A stretch of 32,000 bases of DNA. Source: Candidatus Saccharimonadota bacterium (GTDB taxonomy: Bacteria; Bacteroidota; Bacteroidia; Cytophagales; Amoebophilaceae). The DNA lies in contig NZ_OW441264.1 in NCBI RefSeq assembly GCF_936981045.1, positions 720,001 through 752,000 on the forward strand, given 5' to 3'. Both the position numbers and the translations under genes were made by a program. The notes beneath the pieces were generated by a model. That model saw nothing but the letters and a program-made list of their open reading frames with translations, ran no database searches and was not told the origin of the DNA. Below, in pieces: positions 18,106 through 27,830 of this stretch; positions within the stretch are counted from its first letter, which is position 1; each line of letters starts with the position of its first letter.

Positions 18106-18284
18106 TAAAATAATGATTTTTTAGAATAAACGCGACAGAATCTATTTTATACCGTAATTAAAATTATTGCCCATACTATCCTTAATGTTATTACTAACAT
18201 TCCTTAACTTGACGCCTATGGTTGAACGAACACTTCCTATTTTTTATTTTAAAAACCTAACCATTCTAAAAAATTGCATTACAC

Positions 18285-20708
18285 TTGAAAAAATTTGCAG
18301 ATGTTATACTGCCACTTCCCATTAAACCTTTAACCTACCATATTCCTTCCATATACCAAAGTATGGTAGATATAGGCAGTAGTGTACTCGTATCGCTGCG
18401 TAGAGGAAAACTTTTGCTGGGTATTGTTATGAGATATCATAGTAACGCACCCACTTACCCTACTAAGGATCTATTAGGCGTAATCTACGAAACACCCTTA
18501 TTTACACCTCAGCAATTGGCATTTCTAGAATGGATAGGCGCTTATTACGTATCTAGCCTTGGTGAAACCTTATCGCTTGCATGGCCTAAAGTCCTCAACG
18601 CTCCTAACCAAATAGTCTTTCAAATCAATAGAACCATTTCCCCAAATCAAACCTCCACAATCGAGCAAGCTATTATCACTGCGTTACAATACCAACCTTT
18701 ATCTTATAGATCTATTGTCCAATTAATGGCGCCACAAGAAGCCAACAAAGCACTTATATCTTTATTATCCCAACGCTTGGTGCAGATAGTTGCCACGGCT
18801 ACAATCGATCCGACAGATGACGACAACCTCTACTTTACCCTCTCTCCTACCCTCCATCTAGACGCACTTACCATCGCCAAGGTAGCACCACGATCCCCCA
18901 AACAACAAGCCCTTTTAGCTTATTTTTTACCTAAAAAAGAAAAATCGACTCTATATGCTTCTAAAAAAACGCTTTTAGCTTATTCCAAATCAGCCTTTCA
19001 TGCTTTATTTAAGAAAGGAATTTTAATAAAGACTAGTCTGGACCATTTGTCTTCACCAATTTTTACTGCACCTTTAGCACCATTAGCTACTTTAACCGCA
19101 TTTCAAAATAAAGCACTGATAAACATTCAAAAACAGTTTGCTGAAAAAGCAGTGGTACTCCTACATGGTGCTATAGGAAGTGGCAAAACAGAGTTGTATA
19201 TGCATCTGATTACATCAGCATTGCGCCAACAAAAACAAGTCTTGCTTTTAGTACCAGAAATAGGTTTAGTAACGCATATAGTAGAGCGTATTAGACCTTT
19301 CTTAGGAAACTGGCTGGTGGTACATCACTCTAAACAGTCTGATAAAGAGCGTTTAAATACATGGTCTCGCCTGTTACACCAAACCACATTAATGGTGGTA
19401 GGGACACGCTCTGCACTCTTCCTACCTTTTAAGGCCTTACAACTCATTATTGTAGATGAAGAACACGATCCTGCCTATAAACAGAGCGATGCGATGCCTA
19501 CTTACCATGCACGAGATAGTAGCATCCTATTGGCCCAACAGCATCACGCAAACGTTTTACTGGGTTCGGGTACACCTTCAATAGAAAGCTATTATAATAC
19601 CCAATCTGGGAAGTATGGCCTGGTAACATTAGGCCATAGGTTTGGCACAGCAAGCCCTCCCAAATTATTTTTTATTGACCTGAACATAGAAAAAAAGCGT
19701 AAAGCTATGCGAGAAATTTTCTCGCTTACATTACTATCTCAGCTTCAAAAAAATAGTATAGAAGGTGGTCAAGCAATGATTTTTCAAAACAGAAGAGGGT
19801 ATGCACGCTATTTTTTATGTGCCGCTTGTGGATGGATTCCCCGTTGCCTTACTTGCGCGGTAAGCCTTACCTACCACCAAGAGGCAAATCAGCTACGCTG
19901 CCATTATTGTGACTATGCTACACCTCCTTTTGGATCGTGCCACCATTGTGGATCTCAGCAGATACACAACATAGGCTTTGGTACAGAAAAACTAGAAGAG
20001 AGCTTACAACTTATCTTTCCGGAACAAAAAGTTGGGCGCATGGATTTGGATAGCACAAGAGGGAAAAATAGTTACCAATCTATTTTAAAAGAGGTTGCTT
20101 CTGGATCGATAGATATTTTAGTGGGCACACAGATGATGGCCAAAGGATTGGATTTGGCCAACATACGCCTTATAGGCATACTAGATATAGATGGATTACT
20201 CTACTTTCCTGATTTTAGATCCAATGAAAAATGTTTTCAATTGATTACACAGTTGGCAGGAAGAGCAGGTAGACGCAACCAACAAGGTAGTGTATTTATT
20301 CAAACCAGGCAGCCCCATCATCCCTTATTTCACTACTTATCTAATGGTGACTACGAAGGCATGTACAGAGCTGAGTTAGCAGAAAGAAAGCGGTTTCTAT
20401 ATCCTCCTTATGTTAGACTTATTAAACTAAGCTTAAGTTGTGTTGATGCCTCTACCTTGCAATTAGGCACCATTGCATTAAAAAAAATATTAGAAAAAAA
20501 GTTTGAGGGCATGGTACTAGGCCCTCAACAACCATTAGTTGGTAAGGTTAGGAACCACTTTTTATTGGATATATTTTTAAAAATACCGAGTAAAAATTTA
20601 GACACATTGCAAAACACAAAAGAAACCTTAAGGAGTGCCTGCAACTATGCATTGGGTAAAGGACTATATAGAAAAATCAAAACAGTATTAGATATAGATC
20701 CGATTTAG
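18285..20708 (+). CDS. priA: Primosomal protein N' (replication restart helicase PriA)
   Basis: N-terminal FADVILPLP, Walker A GAIGSGKTE, DEEH box VDEEHD and the Cys-rich zinc-binding insert (CAACGW..CLTC...CHYC...CHHCG). It uses a TTG start at 18285 and a TAG stop at 20706-20708. Confidence 0.93.
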   Translation: MKKFADVILPLPIKPLTYHIPSIYQSMVDIGSSVLVSLRRGKLLLGIVMRYHSNAPTYPTKDLLGVIYETPLFTPQQLAFLEWIGAYYVSSLGETLSLAWPKVLNAPNQIVFQINRTISPNQTSTIEQAIITALQYQPLSYRSIVQLMAPQEANKALISLLSQRLVQIVATATIDPTDDDNLYFTLSPTLHLDALTIAKVAPRSPKQQALLAYFLPKKEKSTLYASKKTLLAYSKSAFHALFKKGILIKTSLDHLSSPIFTAPLAPLATLTAFQNKALINIQKQFAEKAVVLLHGAIGSGKTELYMHLITSALRQQKQVLLLVPEIGLVTHIVERIRPFLGNWLVVHHSKQSDKERLNTWSRLLHQTTLMVVGTRSALFLPFKALQLIIVDEEHDPAYKQSDAMPTYHARDSSILLAQQHHANVLLGSGTPSIESYYNTQSGKYGLVTLGHRFGTASPPKLFFIDLNIEKKRKAMREIFSLTLLSQLQKNSIEGGQAMIFQNRRGYARYFLCAACGWIPRCLTCAVSLTYHQEANQLRCHYCDYATPPFGSCHHCGSQQIHNIGFGTEKLEESLQLIFPEQKVGRMDLDSTRGKNSYQSILKEVASGSIDILVGTQMMAKGLDLANIRLIGILDIDGLLYFPDFRSNEKCFQLITQLAGRAGRRNQQGSVFIQTRQPHHPLFHYLSNGDYEGMYRAELAERKRFLYPPYVRLIKLSLSCVDASTLQLGTIALKKILEKKFEGMVLGPQQPLVGKVRNHFLLDIFLKIPSKNLDTLQNTKETLRSACNYALGKGLYRKIKTVLDIDPI

Positions 20709-20735
20709 TCCAAATGCTTTCAAGGTCTGTTTGAG

Positions 20736-20765
20736 GTTAGCCTATTTTTCTTTAAAATAGCTAAC
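20736..20765 (+). terminator. Candidate terminator hairpin downstream of priA
   Basis: GTTAGC(C)TATTTT-tcttt-AAAATAGCTAAC forms a 12-bp stem with one bulge, 28 nt after the priA stop. It is AT-rich and no clear U-tract follows, so this is tentative. Confidence 0.35.
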
Positions 20766-20989
20766 TTGCAAAGCGTTATAAATTTTAATAAAACTAGAAC
20801 GTCTCACCCGGGCTAAAAGTTAAGCCAGCAAGCAGCGTATAGCCAAGCTGTGCAACTTTTATGCATTAGCGTTTATAAATTAAATGAAACAGACACTGTG
20901 GCGTAAAAAATTTTTACACAGCCTGCAAGCTATCAATCTTATAAAAGATAAAGAAGATAAAACGGATACTAAATAAAATTTGCACATAA

Positions 20990-21064
20990 ATGCCTAACAT
21001 TTTATCGATAGAATCCCACGTTAGCTACGGTTATGTTGGTAATAAAGCCGAAACCTTTCCTTTA
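20990..21064 (+). pseudogene. pdxK: Pyridoxal/pyridoxamine kinase (PdxK/PdxY-like) N-terminal 25-codon stub, truncated by a MITE
   Basis: MPNILSIESHVSYGYVGNKAETFPL resembles the conserved PdxY/PdxK N-terminus (NILaIQSHVvYGhaGNsAa.FPm). The frame runs straight into the MITE terminus at 21065, and no downstream kinase sequence follows. Confidence 0.6.
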
Positions 21065-21248
21065 ACCTGAGTTCGGGATTATATTATTTTTTCGTTTGAT
21101 AATCAATATTAATAAAAATTTATAAAATTTGTTTTATAGACAGTTAAATAGGTAGTTGAATAACAAATAATTCTGATAATCAGTTTATTATATATATTAT
21201 ATTTATAAAATTAGATATAAAAACTTGTTAAATAGGTGCAAATATTAA
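21065..21248 (+). mobile_element. MITE copy 3, 3'-truncated (184 of 240 bp)
   Basis: It starts ACCTGAGTTCGGGATTATATT and stays colinear with the other copies up to ...gcaaatattaa. It is then replaced by the left end of IS982-D. Confidence 0.8.
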
Positions 21249-21250
21249 TT

Positions 21251-22249
21251 ACGTCAGTTCGGGATTAAATGTTTATAAATTGTGTTAAAAAAGCCCCTTT
21301 GTGTTTTAAATTTGGAGATCAAGTTTGTAGTAAAATTAACAAAGGAGCCAGTTATGAATGTAGCAAAATTAGTAGAAATATATTATGCTGTTGATGAGTT
21401 TTTAAAAAAATTTATGCCCTATACGTAAAAACAGCTCTTACCCACTTCAGCAAGAAAACCCACTAGAACCTGTTCATTAACTTTAAGTGAAATAATGACT
21501 ATAATTATTGCCTTTCACGTGATTGGTTTTAGAAATTTTAAGGCTTATTATCTTCATTTACAGCAGTTTCATTCTAATGAATTTAAAACATTAGTAAGCT
21601 ATAATAGGTTCATCGAACTGGTTCAAAGAACCTTGATTACCTTTTACTTTTTTACCAAAAGTCTTTCTAAAACCCAAACAGGCTGTTACTTTATGGATGC
21701 TACGGCTGTCAAAGTTTGTAACATCAAAAGAACCCATTCTAACAAGGTTTTGGCATCAATTGCTACTAAAGGTAAAACCAGTACTGGTTGGTTTTTTGGC
21801 ATCAAATTACATTTGATAGTCAACGATTTAGGAGAGGTTATGAACTTTCAACTCACTACAGGTAAAACTAATGATAGGCTTCCTGTAGAAGATTTATGTA
21901 AACGCTTGATGGGTAAAATGTTTGCCGATAAAGGTTACATAAGCAAAGATTTGTTTGAAAAACTGATGGAAAAAGGCGTGGAACTCATTACCCAGATCAG
22001 AAAAAATATGAAAAATGCTTTTATGCCACTCTGGGATAAACTGATGCTTAGAAAACAATCTATAATTGAAACCATTATAGATCAGCTCAAAAATATTAGC
22101 CAAATAGAACATGCCAGCCATAGAAGTATACCTAATTTTTTGGTCAATTTGATAGCTGGAATTACAGCTTATGGACTAAAAGAGAAAAAAACTTCTATAA
22201 CTAGAATATATATGGCTGACTTTCAATACGTATAATCCCGAATTCAGGT
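21251..22249 (+). mobile_element. IS982-family copy D (999 bp), a divergent subfamily
   Basis: Termini ACGTCAGTTCGGGATTAAAT at the start and ...TAATCCCGAATTCAGGT at the end. It is clearly homologous to copies A-C but has many substitutions. There is no matching target duplication (taatt on the left, tatta on the right). Confidence 0.85.
21354..22235 (+). pseudogene. IS982-family transposase with an in-frame TAA at codon 25
   Basis: MNVAKLVEIYYAVDEFLKKFMPYT*KQLL... has TAA at 21426-21428 where copies B and C have GAA. The rest is open (track ORF 21495..22235) and keeps TGG (22032-22034) at the site that is TAG in copies B and C. Confidence 0.85.
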
Positions 22250-22251
22250 TA

Positions 22252-22736
22252 TTAAAAAAACAGTACTCTATTGCATTTTCTACTGCTTACCACCAAGGTC
22301 TACAAGGGCAGGTTGAAGCACGTTTGCAACAATCCATTAGAGAAGTAGGCAATTTTTGGTTCACTGCTTGGGCCAACGCAGGTGCGCCCAGCTTAAATGA
22401 TCTTATTAACCTGAGTTCGGGATTAGATTATTTTTTCATTTAATAATCAATATCAATGAAAATTTATAAAATTTGTTTTATAGACAGTTAAATAGGTAGT
22501 TGAATAACAAATAATTCTGGTAATCATTTTATTATATATATTATATTTATAAAATTAGATATAAAAACTTGTTAAATAGGTGCAAATATTAACTAAATAA
22601 TTGATATTAAATTTTTGTAAATCAGTCAAATAAATCCCGAACTCACGTTATTACCAATGTAGCTATTCAAGATGAAGAAGAGAAGCTGCTGCAAAAAGGA
22701 ATAATTTTAGAAGGGATTAGGGTATGTAGGGATTGA
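22252..22736 (+). pseudogene. C-terminal 80 codons of an unidentified gene; the 5' part is lost at IS982-D and the frame is split by a MITE
   Basis: With the MITE and one duplication copy removed, the frame is continuous: LKKQYSIAFSTAYHQGLQGQVEARLQQSIREVGNFWFTAWANAGAPSLNDLITNVAIQDEEEKLLQKGIILEGIRVCRD*. From memory the FWFTAWANAGAP block resembles the C-terminus of Bacteroidota zinc-dependent phospholipase-C-like proteins. That assignment is unverified. Confidence 0.4.
22409..22648 (+). mobile_element. 240-bp MITE, copy 4
   Basis: Termini ACCTGAGTTCGGGAT...ATCCCGAACTCACGT. The 5-bp duplication tatta lies at 22404-22408 and 22649-22653. Confidence 0.85.
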
Positions 22737-24465
22737 TATATGCTGCTTCTTTAATATCCTTTACCATAAGCTGTAAAGATTTATTACCTAAGTAATAATT
22801 ATACCCTATGGTATAGGCTATAGAAAATGGTTTCCCAGTGGAAACTAGTGGTAGATAGGGACCCAGTCCAAACCCTATCGCTTCATAGGACTGTGCACAA
22901 TCTATTTGGTAAAGCTCCATCTTAAGATGCTTTCCTTTTATCGCGTGAAATTTGCGGGCATAAACTTTTTCACTAGCAAATACTGGCGTAGCATTTCCTG
23001 GACCAAAAGGAGCCATTTGCATCAATATATTAACAAATTTTTGCGTAATGGCCTGAAAGGGAATAAGGGCATGAATGGTTTGTTGAGGCATTAGCAAATC
23101 ATCTGTTATGGTTTGTGATACCACTTCCTCAAATTTTTTCTGAAATTTAGTCATATGTGTTAGTGGCATAGTAAGACCTGCAGCAAACGCGTGGCCACCA
23201 TATTGGTGTAAAAGCCCACTACAGGCGGAGATGGCTTCATAGATATTATAGCCAGGTATGGAACGTGCAGAGCCAGTAGCCTGACCATCAGACAGTGTTA
23301 AAATCACAGTAGGCCTGTAACACTGTTCAATGCAACGGGACGCTACAATGCCAATAATACCTTTATGCCAATCTGGATTAAAAAGCACATTGCTCTTGCT
23401 TTGATAGGGCCTATTTTCTATCATAGCCAAGGCTTCTTGTGTAATGGTATAGTCAAGCGATTGGCGTAAGAGGTTCTGCTGGTCAATAGACTGCGCTAAG
23501 TGATAGGCTTTTACTGCATCCTGTTCTATAAGTAACTGAACAGCCAAAGCGGCATGGCTCATGCGTCCAGCAGCATTAATCCGTGGGCCTATTTTAAAAA
23601 CAATATCGGAAATGGTAATCGTAGTGGCAAAAATCCCCAATTCTATTAATGCTTGTAGCCCTGGACGAGGATTCGTTTCCAACTGTTTGATGCCAAAGTA
23701 AGCTAAAATCCTGTTTTCACCTACCAATGGAACAATATCACAAGCTATACTAACCGCTACAAGGTCTAAATAAGTATAAAGGATGTCAGGGTTGCATCCG
23801 TATTGTTTACAAAAAGCTTGTAATAGTTTAAAGCCTATACCACAGCCTGATAATTCTTTAAAGGGGTAAGGACAACCTGACTGTTTTGGATCTAAAATGG
23901 CATAAGCTAGTGGTAAGGTGTCTCCTGCTTCATGGTGGTCACAAACAATCACATCTATGCCCCGTTCAACCGCTCGAGCAATGGATGCATAAGCCTTTAT
24001 GCCACAGTCTAGGGTAATGATCAGTTTAATACCCTCTTGATGTGCTTTTTCTATGGCTTGCATGGAAACGCCATAGCCCTCCACCATGCGGTCTGGCACA
24101 TAATAACTTACCGCTGTACCAGGTAATAATTGAAGAAAACCATAGACCATGGCCACAGCTGTGGTACCATCTACATCATAGTCACCATAAATTAATATTT
24201 TTTCTTTTTTGCTTAGCGCTTGGTGCAAACGGGTTACCGCTTGTTCCATGTCTTGCATTAAGAATGGATCATACAACTGCGCTAAAGAGGGGCGAAAAAA
24301 ACACCTAGCAGCTTCAAAAGTTTCTATTTCCCTATGTAACAAAATGGCAGAAATAGCAGAAGGAGTACCCAGTACCTTTTCTAATCCTGCTACCTGATCA
24401 GGCTCCTTAAAAGATTGAATGACCCAACGTTTCTGCATAAGCGCAATAGAAAGAAGTTGATCCAA
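22717..24465 (-). CDS. recJ: Single-stranded-DNA-specific exonuclease RecJ
   Basis: DHH-family motifs DYDVDGTT, DCGI and VCDHHE, plus the DHHA1 region GGHAFAAG. The start may instead be the ATG at 24438 (MQKRWVI), not the TTG at 24465 that abuts the upstream stop. Confidence 0.93.
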   Translation of the reverse strand: MDQLLSIALMQKRWVIQSFKEPDQVAGLEKVLGTPSAISAILLHREIETFEAARCFFRPSLAQLYDPFLMQDMEQAVTRLHQALSKKEKILIYGDYDVDGTTAVAMVYGFLQLLPGTAVSYYVPDRMVEGYGVSMQAIEKAHQEGIKLIITLDCGIKAYASIARAVERGIDVIVCDHHEAGDTLPLAYAILDPKQSGCPYPFKELSGCGIGFKLLQAFCKQYGCNPDILYTYLDLVAVSIACDIVPLVGENRILAYFGIKQLETNPRPGLQALIELGIFATTITISDIVFKIGPRINAAGRMSHAALAVQLLIEQDAVKAYHLAQSIDQQNLLRQSLDYTITQEALAMIENRPYQSKSNVLFNPDWHKGIIGIVASRCIEQCYRPTVILTLSDGQATGSARSIPGYNIYEAISACSGLLHQYGGHAFAAGLTMPLTHMTKFQKKFEEVVSQTITDDLLMPQQTIHALIPFQAITQKFVNILMQMAPFGPGNATPVFASEKVYARKFHAIKGKHLKMELYQIDCAQSYEAIGFGLGPYLPLVSTGKPFSIAYTIGYNYYLGNKSLQLMVKDIKEAAYINPYIP

Positions 24466-25155
24466 CTAGAAAAGTACAGACAAACGACTGGCTTCTTTAA
24501 TAGCCAAACCACTGCCATACCCAGAGGTAGGATATTTTTCTACTATCTCTTGATAGCAACCATAGGCATTTTTATATTGCGCATCTGCTTCAAAAACGAT
24601 AGCTGCTTTAACCAAATAGCCAGGGGTATATACACTGTTTGCTTTATAACGAGCAGCCTTCATGTAATAGATAGCCGCTTGCTTATAGTTTTTTTGTTCA
24701 CTATAGGCATCACCCATCACACACCAAGCACGGGCTTGTAAGATACAATCTCTAGCTTTAAATCTACTTAAAAAAGAGCGCGCTTGATCATATTCCTTTT
24801 GGTGCATGTAGGAAACCCCTACATAAAAACAAGCTAAATTGGCGGTTTTAGTATAAGGGTATTGTTTGATGACTTCTAAAAAGCCTTTGTGGAAGCCATC
24901 CCCGTTTAGTGCCTTATCAAAATCACCGGCTTCAAAATGATAGATCGCTTGAAAAACATCATCCTGTGCGTTTAAATTTTTGGCTTCCCTTAGATAAAAA
25001 AACCAAAAGAAAGAAGCCGCTGCAAAAAAGGTTACACACAAGCCAATGATATACAATTTTCGTTTGTCACAATTTAGAATGCCTATTGTTTCTTTTACTT
25101 CTTTATGGTCTTTTGAAAGGCTTCTAGGAATACTGTTGATGTCTATTGTTTTCAT
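24466..25155 (-). CDS. Membrane-anchored TPR-like repeat protein, function unknown
   Basis: It has one predicted transmembrane helix (LYIIGLCVTFFAAASFFWFFYL) followed by TPR-like repeats (AWCVMGDAYSEQKNYKQAAIYYMKA...). It is packed tightly between pdhA (5-nt gap) and recJ. Confidence 0.7.
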   Translation of the reverse strand: MKTIDINSIPRSLSKDHKEVKETIGILNCDKRKLYIIGLCVTFFAAASFFWFFYLREAKNLNAQDDVFQAIYHFEAGDFDKALNGDGFHKGFLEVIKQYPYTKTANLACFYVGVSYMHQKEYDQARSFLSRFKARDCILQARAWCVMGDAYSEQKNYKQAAIYYMKAARYKANSVYTPGYLVKAAIVFEADAQYKNAYGCYQEIVEKYPTSGYGSGLAIKEASRLSVLF

Positions 25156-25160
25156 AAAGT

Positions 25161-26195
25161 TTAATGCTGTAGAAATGGATAATCAGTCTGTTTGTAAACA
25201 TAATGGTAAACAGTTGCTCGATCTGGAAAGGAAGATGCCTCTGCAAAAGCAACGGCTTGCGCAATTTGATCTTTGACTTTGCGCTCAATCGTTTTCAATG
25301 CTGCTTCATCCATAACTTTATTTTTTAGAATCAACGCTTTAAACTTAAGAATAGGATCTTGCCTCTTATAGGCCTCTACCTCTTCTTTCGTGCGATAGGT
25401 AGCAGGATCAGACATGGAGTGGCCCTTATAGCGGTAGGTTACAAATTCCAACAAACTAGGTATACCCTTTCTAGCCTTTAAGGCTGCTCGCTGAACAGCA
25501 CGGTGTACTGCTTCTACACATAATCCATCTAAGCGCTCTGCTTCCATAGCATAACTGCTACCCAATCGATAGAGTTCCGTGACATTAGAACTTCGTTCTA
25601 CTGAAGTACCCATAGCATATCCATTATTTTCAATGACGAAAATAATGGGTAACCTATAGAGCATGGCTAAATTGAAGGATTCGTGGACCGCACCCTGGCG
25701 CACTGCGCCGTCTCCCATAAAGGTAATACAAAGGTTGCCTGTTTTTTTATATTGCTCCGAAAAGGCAATACCCACCCCTAAAGGAACATGCCCGCCAACA
25801 ATGCCATGACCACCTAAAAAATGACAAGCTTTATCGAACATATGCATGGAACCACCATGTCCTTTAGAGACACCAGTAGCTTTACCATAAAGTTCCGCCA
25901 TTACATGATTTGGACTAGTTCCCAATGCAATTGGATGGGCATGGTCACGGTAAGCCGTAATATATTTATCTCCCTGGCACAGTGCCGTCACAGCGCCAGC
26001 TATACAAGCTTCTTGCCCTGTGTAAAGGTGGCAAAATCCTCTAATTTTTTGCTGCCCATAGAGCTGGGCTGCTTTGTCTTCGAATTTACGTATTAGCAAC
26101 ATCATTTCATACCATTGCTCATAAAAGGAAGAAAGATCTGTTGCGTCAGTAGGCGATAAAGGAGGTTGCATTTGAGCTATAGTTGACGATACCAT
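25161..26195 (-). CDS. pdhA: Pyruvate dehydrogenase (acetyl-transferring) E1 component, alpha subunit
   Basis: TPP-binding region GDGAVRQGAVHESFNLA, the block RGFCHLYTGQEA, and YRYKGHSMSDP carrying the conserved H-S site typical of E1-alpha. Confidence 0.9.
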   Translation of the reverse strand: MVSSTIAQMQPPLSPTDATDLSSFYEQWYEMMLLIRKFEDKAAQLYGQQKIRGFCHLYTGQEACIAGAVTALCQGDKYITAYRDHAHPIALGTSPNHVMAELYGKATGVSKGHGGSMHMFDKACHFLGGHGIVGGHVPLGVGIAFSEQYKKTGNLCITFMGDGAVRQGAVHESFNLAMLYRLPIIFVIENNGYAMGTSVERSSNVTELYRLGSSYAMEAERLDGLCVEAVHRAVQRAALKARKGIPSLLEFVTYRYKGHSMSDPATYRTKEEVEAYKRQDPILKFKALILKNKVMDEAALKTIERKVKDQIAQAVAFAEASSFPDRATVYHYVYKQTDYPFLQH

Positions 26196-26425
26196 GATTA
26201 TACTTAGTTGCTATCATTTGATACATCTTCTGTTTCCAAAGGATGCTTAATTTTTTACTTTGCCTAGAAATTTAGAAGGATGTACCCTATCGTGCTACAA
26301 ATTTATCCAAGTAGTCACAAAAAATCAAAAGAAAATCCACCCACTAAAACTATATCAGAAGGATAGAGCTATACCTAAAGCCAGTAGTAGGCACCTTTAG
26401 ATAGGTACTTAGGATAAATTTTGAA

Positions 26426-26665
26426 ACCTGAGTTCGGGATTAGATTATTTTTTCATTTGATAATCAATATCAATGAAAATTTATAAAATTTGTTTTATAG
26501 ACAGTTAAATAGGTAGTTGAATAACAAATAATTCTGGTAATCAGTTTATTATATATATTATATTTATAAAATTAGATATAAAAACTTGTTAAATAGGTGC
26601 AAATATTAACTAAATAATTGATATTAAATTGTTGTAAATCAGTCAAATAAATCCCGAACTCACGT
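26426..26665 (+). mobile_element. 240-bp MITE, copy 5 (intergenic)
   Basis: Termini ACCTGAGTTCGGGAT...ATCCCGAACTCACGT. The 5-bp duplication ttgaa lies at 26421-26425 and 26666-26670. Confidence 0.85.
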
Positions 26666-26766
26666 TTGAAGAAAATTTTTAAAATGACATATTTATATGA
26701 ACGTTCTCAAAACCTGTACAGAAAGTTTATAGGAACATTTCATTTAGGCCTTGAATTTTCAGTTTT

Positions 26767-26803
26767 ATCATCCAATTTAAAGCTCTACTTTAAATTGGAT
26801 GAT
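26767..26803. repeat. Perfect 16-bp inverted repeat with a 5-nt loop
   Basis: ATCATCCAATTTAAAG-ctcta-CTTTAAATTGGATGAT, 35 nt upstream of the carbonic anhydrase remnant. Confidence 0.7.
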
Positions 26804-26837
26804 GTTATTTTAATCTTGTTTAAATTTAAGTAAGTCT

Positions 26838-27101
26838 ATGGAACATGATTTTAAAAAAATATTACAAGGCTACAAGGAATTTAGAAATAAATACGTTAAT
26901 GCGGATGCATCTATTATGTATAATTTGCATCGTAATGGACAACAGCCTAAAATTATGGTGATTGCCTGTTGTGATGCTAGAGTAGATCCAGCTTTAATAT
27001 TGCAATGTGATCCAGGGGATTTATTTGTGGTGCGTAACGTGGGCTTTGGCGGAATAGAAAAACTACGATGCAACAATCCAAAAAATAGTTACAGGGTTTA
27101 A
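26838..27101 (+). pseudogene. Beta-class carbonic anhydrase, N-terminal fragment of about 69 codons
   Basis: MEHDFKKILQGYKEFRNKY...PKIMVIACCDARVDPALILQCDPGDLFVVRNVG carries the beta-CA CxDxR zinc-site motif and the FVVRNV block. After about 27044 the frame loses similarity (FGGIEKLRCNN...*), and the HxxC ligands are missing. Confidence 0.7.
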
Positions 27102-27377
27102 TACTAATTTTTATTTGCTACACATAGATTTGTATCTCTTTAACCAATGGTGTCAACTTAAGGGTGATACCATTGGTTGAACAATGTACCCGTCGTTCAG
27201 CCTCGTGGCAATGTTGTGAAAAAATAGAAAAACGTGCCTTGTAAAAAGTTGCGACTAGAAATGTGTTTACAAAGATGATCAGAAAATCAGGTTGGTTGGG
27301 TATGCAGGGTAGATGCTGATTTTCCAACTTTAAGGCCGCACTTTTAGAAAATTTTTGCATCAGCGCTTGATTTTTTG

Positions 27378-27405
27378 CCTACTTTTTGATTAATCAAAAA
27401 GTAGG
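27378..27405. repeat. Perfect 28-bp palindrome
   Basis: CCTACTTTTTGATTAATCAAAAAGTAGG, in noncoding DNA between the carbonic anhydrase remnant and the GNAT remnant. Confidence 0.7.
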
Positions 27406-27482
27406 ATATAAAAATTCATTTTTTACCGCTCATCTGAACAGATACCTGAATAATAGCATGCTAAGGATATAATATTCAAATA

Positions 27483-27830
27483 TTATAACTTTTTACTTAA
27501 AAATATACAGCTTGCACCATTTGCATAACCCGACCTGACAAAGTCAACTTTATAGCCTAGGCGTTCATAAAATTTTTGAACACCTAGAAAACTCATGGTA
27601 CAAACGGTTGCCATAGAACAGCGTTCCTTGTGGCCAAGTTTATGAACCCGCTCCATAAGTTGACTCCCTAAGCCCCGGTTGCGATAATCAGCATCCACCC
27701 AAAGTTGATCAACATAAATCACACCATAGATGATATCGCCATTTACACCTACCTTAAGTTGTTTGGCTTCGTCTCTTATAAAAAAACCAAAAGGATAAAC
27801 TGCTTTAAACCCTTCAGCTGTTTCATTTAG
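27483..27830 (-). pseudogene. GNAT-family N-acetyltransferase, probably 5'-truncated
   Basis: The frame is open for about 116 codons (LNETAEGFKAVYPFGFFIRDEAKQLKVGVNGDIIYGVIYVDQLWVDADYRNRGLGSQLMERVHKLG...) and includes acetyl-CoA motif A (YRNRGLGSQLM). The only ATG, GTG or TTG start is the GTG at 27722, which would yield 79 aa lacking the N-terminal half of the fold. Upstream, the frame runs into the trpS stop. Confidence 0.6.

Larger units (their letters stand above)
15039..18142 (-). mobile_element. IS6-family element copy 3, carrying nested IS982-A, IS982-B and a MITE
   Basis: The right IR starts at 15039 (GGTTCTGTCGCTTC). The left IR ends at 18142 and is mutated (GATTCTGTCGCG). IS6 segments are 15039-15713, 17724-17865 and 18106-18142. 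The intron site (15218/15219) is empty. The transposase frame carries TGG to TAG at 15537-15539 (NGK*IYLYRAVD) and the same codon-27 TAG (17753-17755). Confidence 0.85.

Noticed and set aside
3661-26665. The regularly recurring AT-rich 240-bp blocks as a possible CRISPR-like or tandem repeat array
   Set aside because: The copies are dispersed over 23 kb, occur in both orientations, have terminal inverted repeats and 5-bp target duplications, and have no spacer-repeat periodicity. They are MITEs.
27118-27360. 80-aa minus-strand ORF between the carbonic anhydrase and GNAT remnants
   Set aside because: It has no recognisable motif and sits in a region with hairpins and degraded genes. There is no plausible ribosome-binding or operon context, so I treat it as noncoding.
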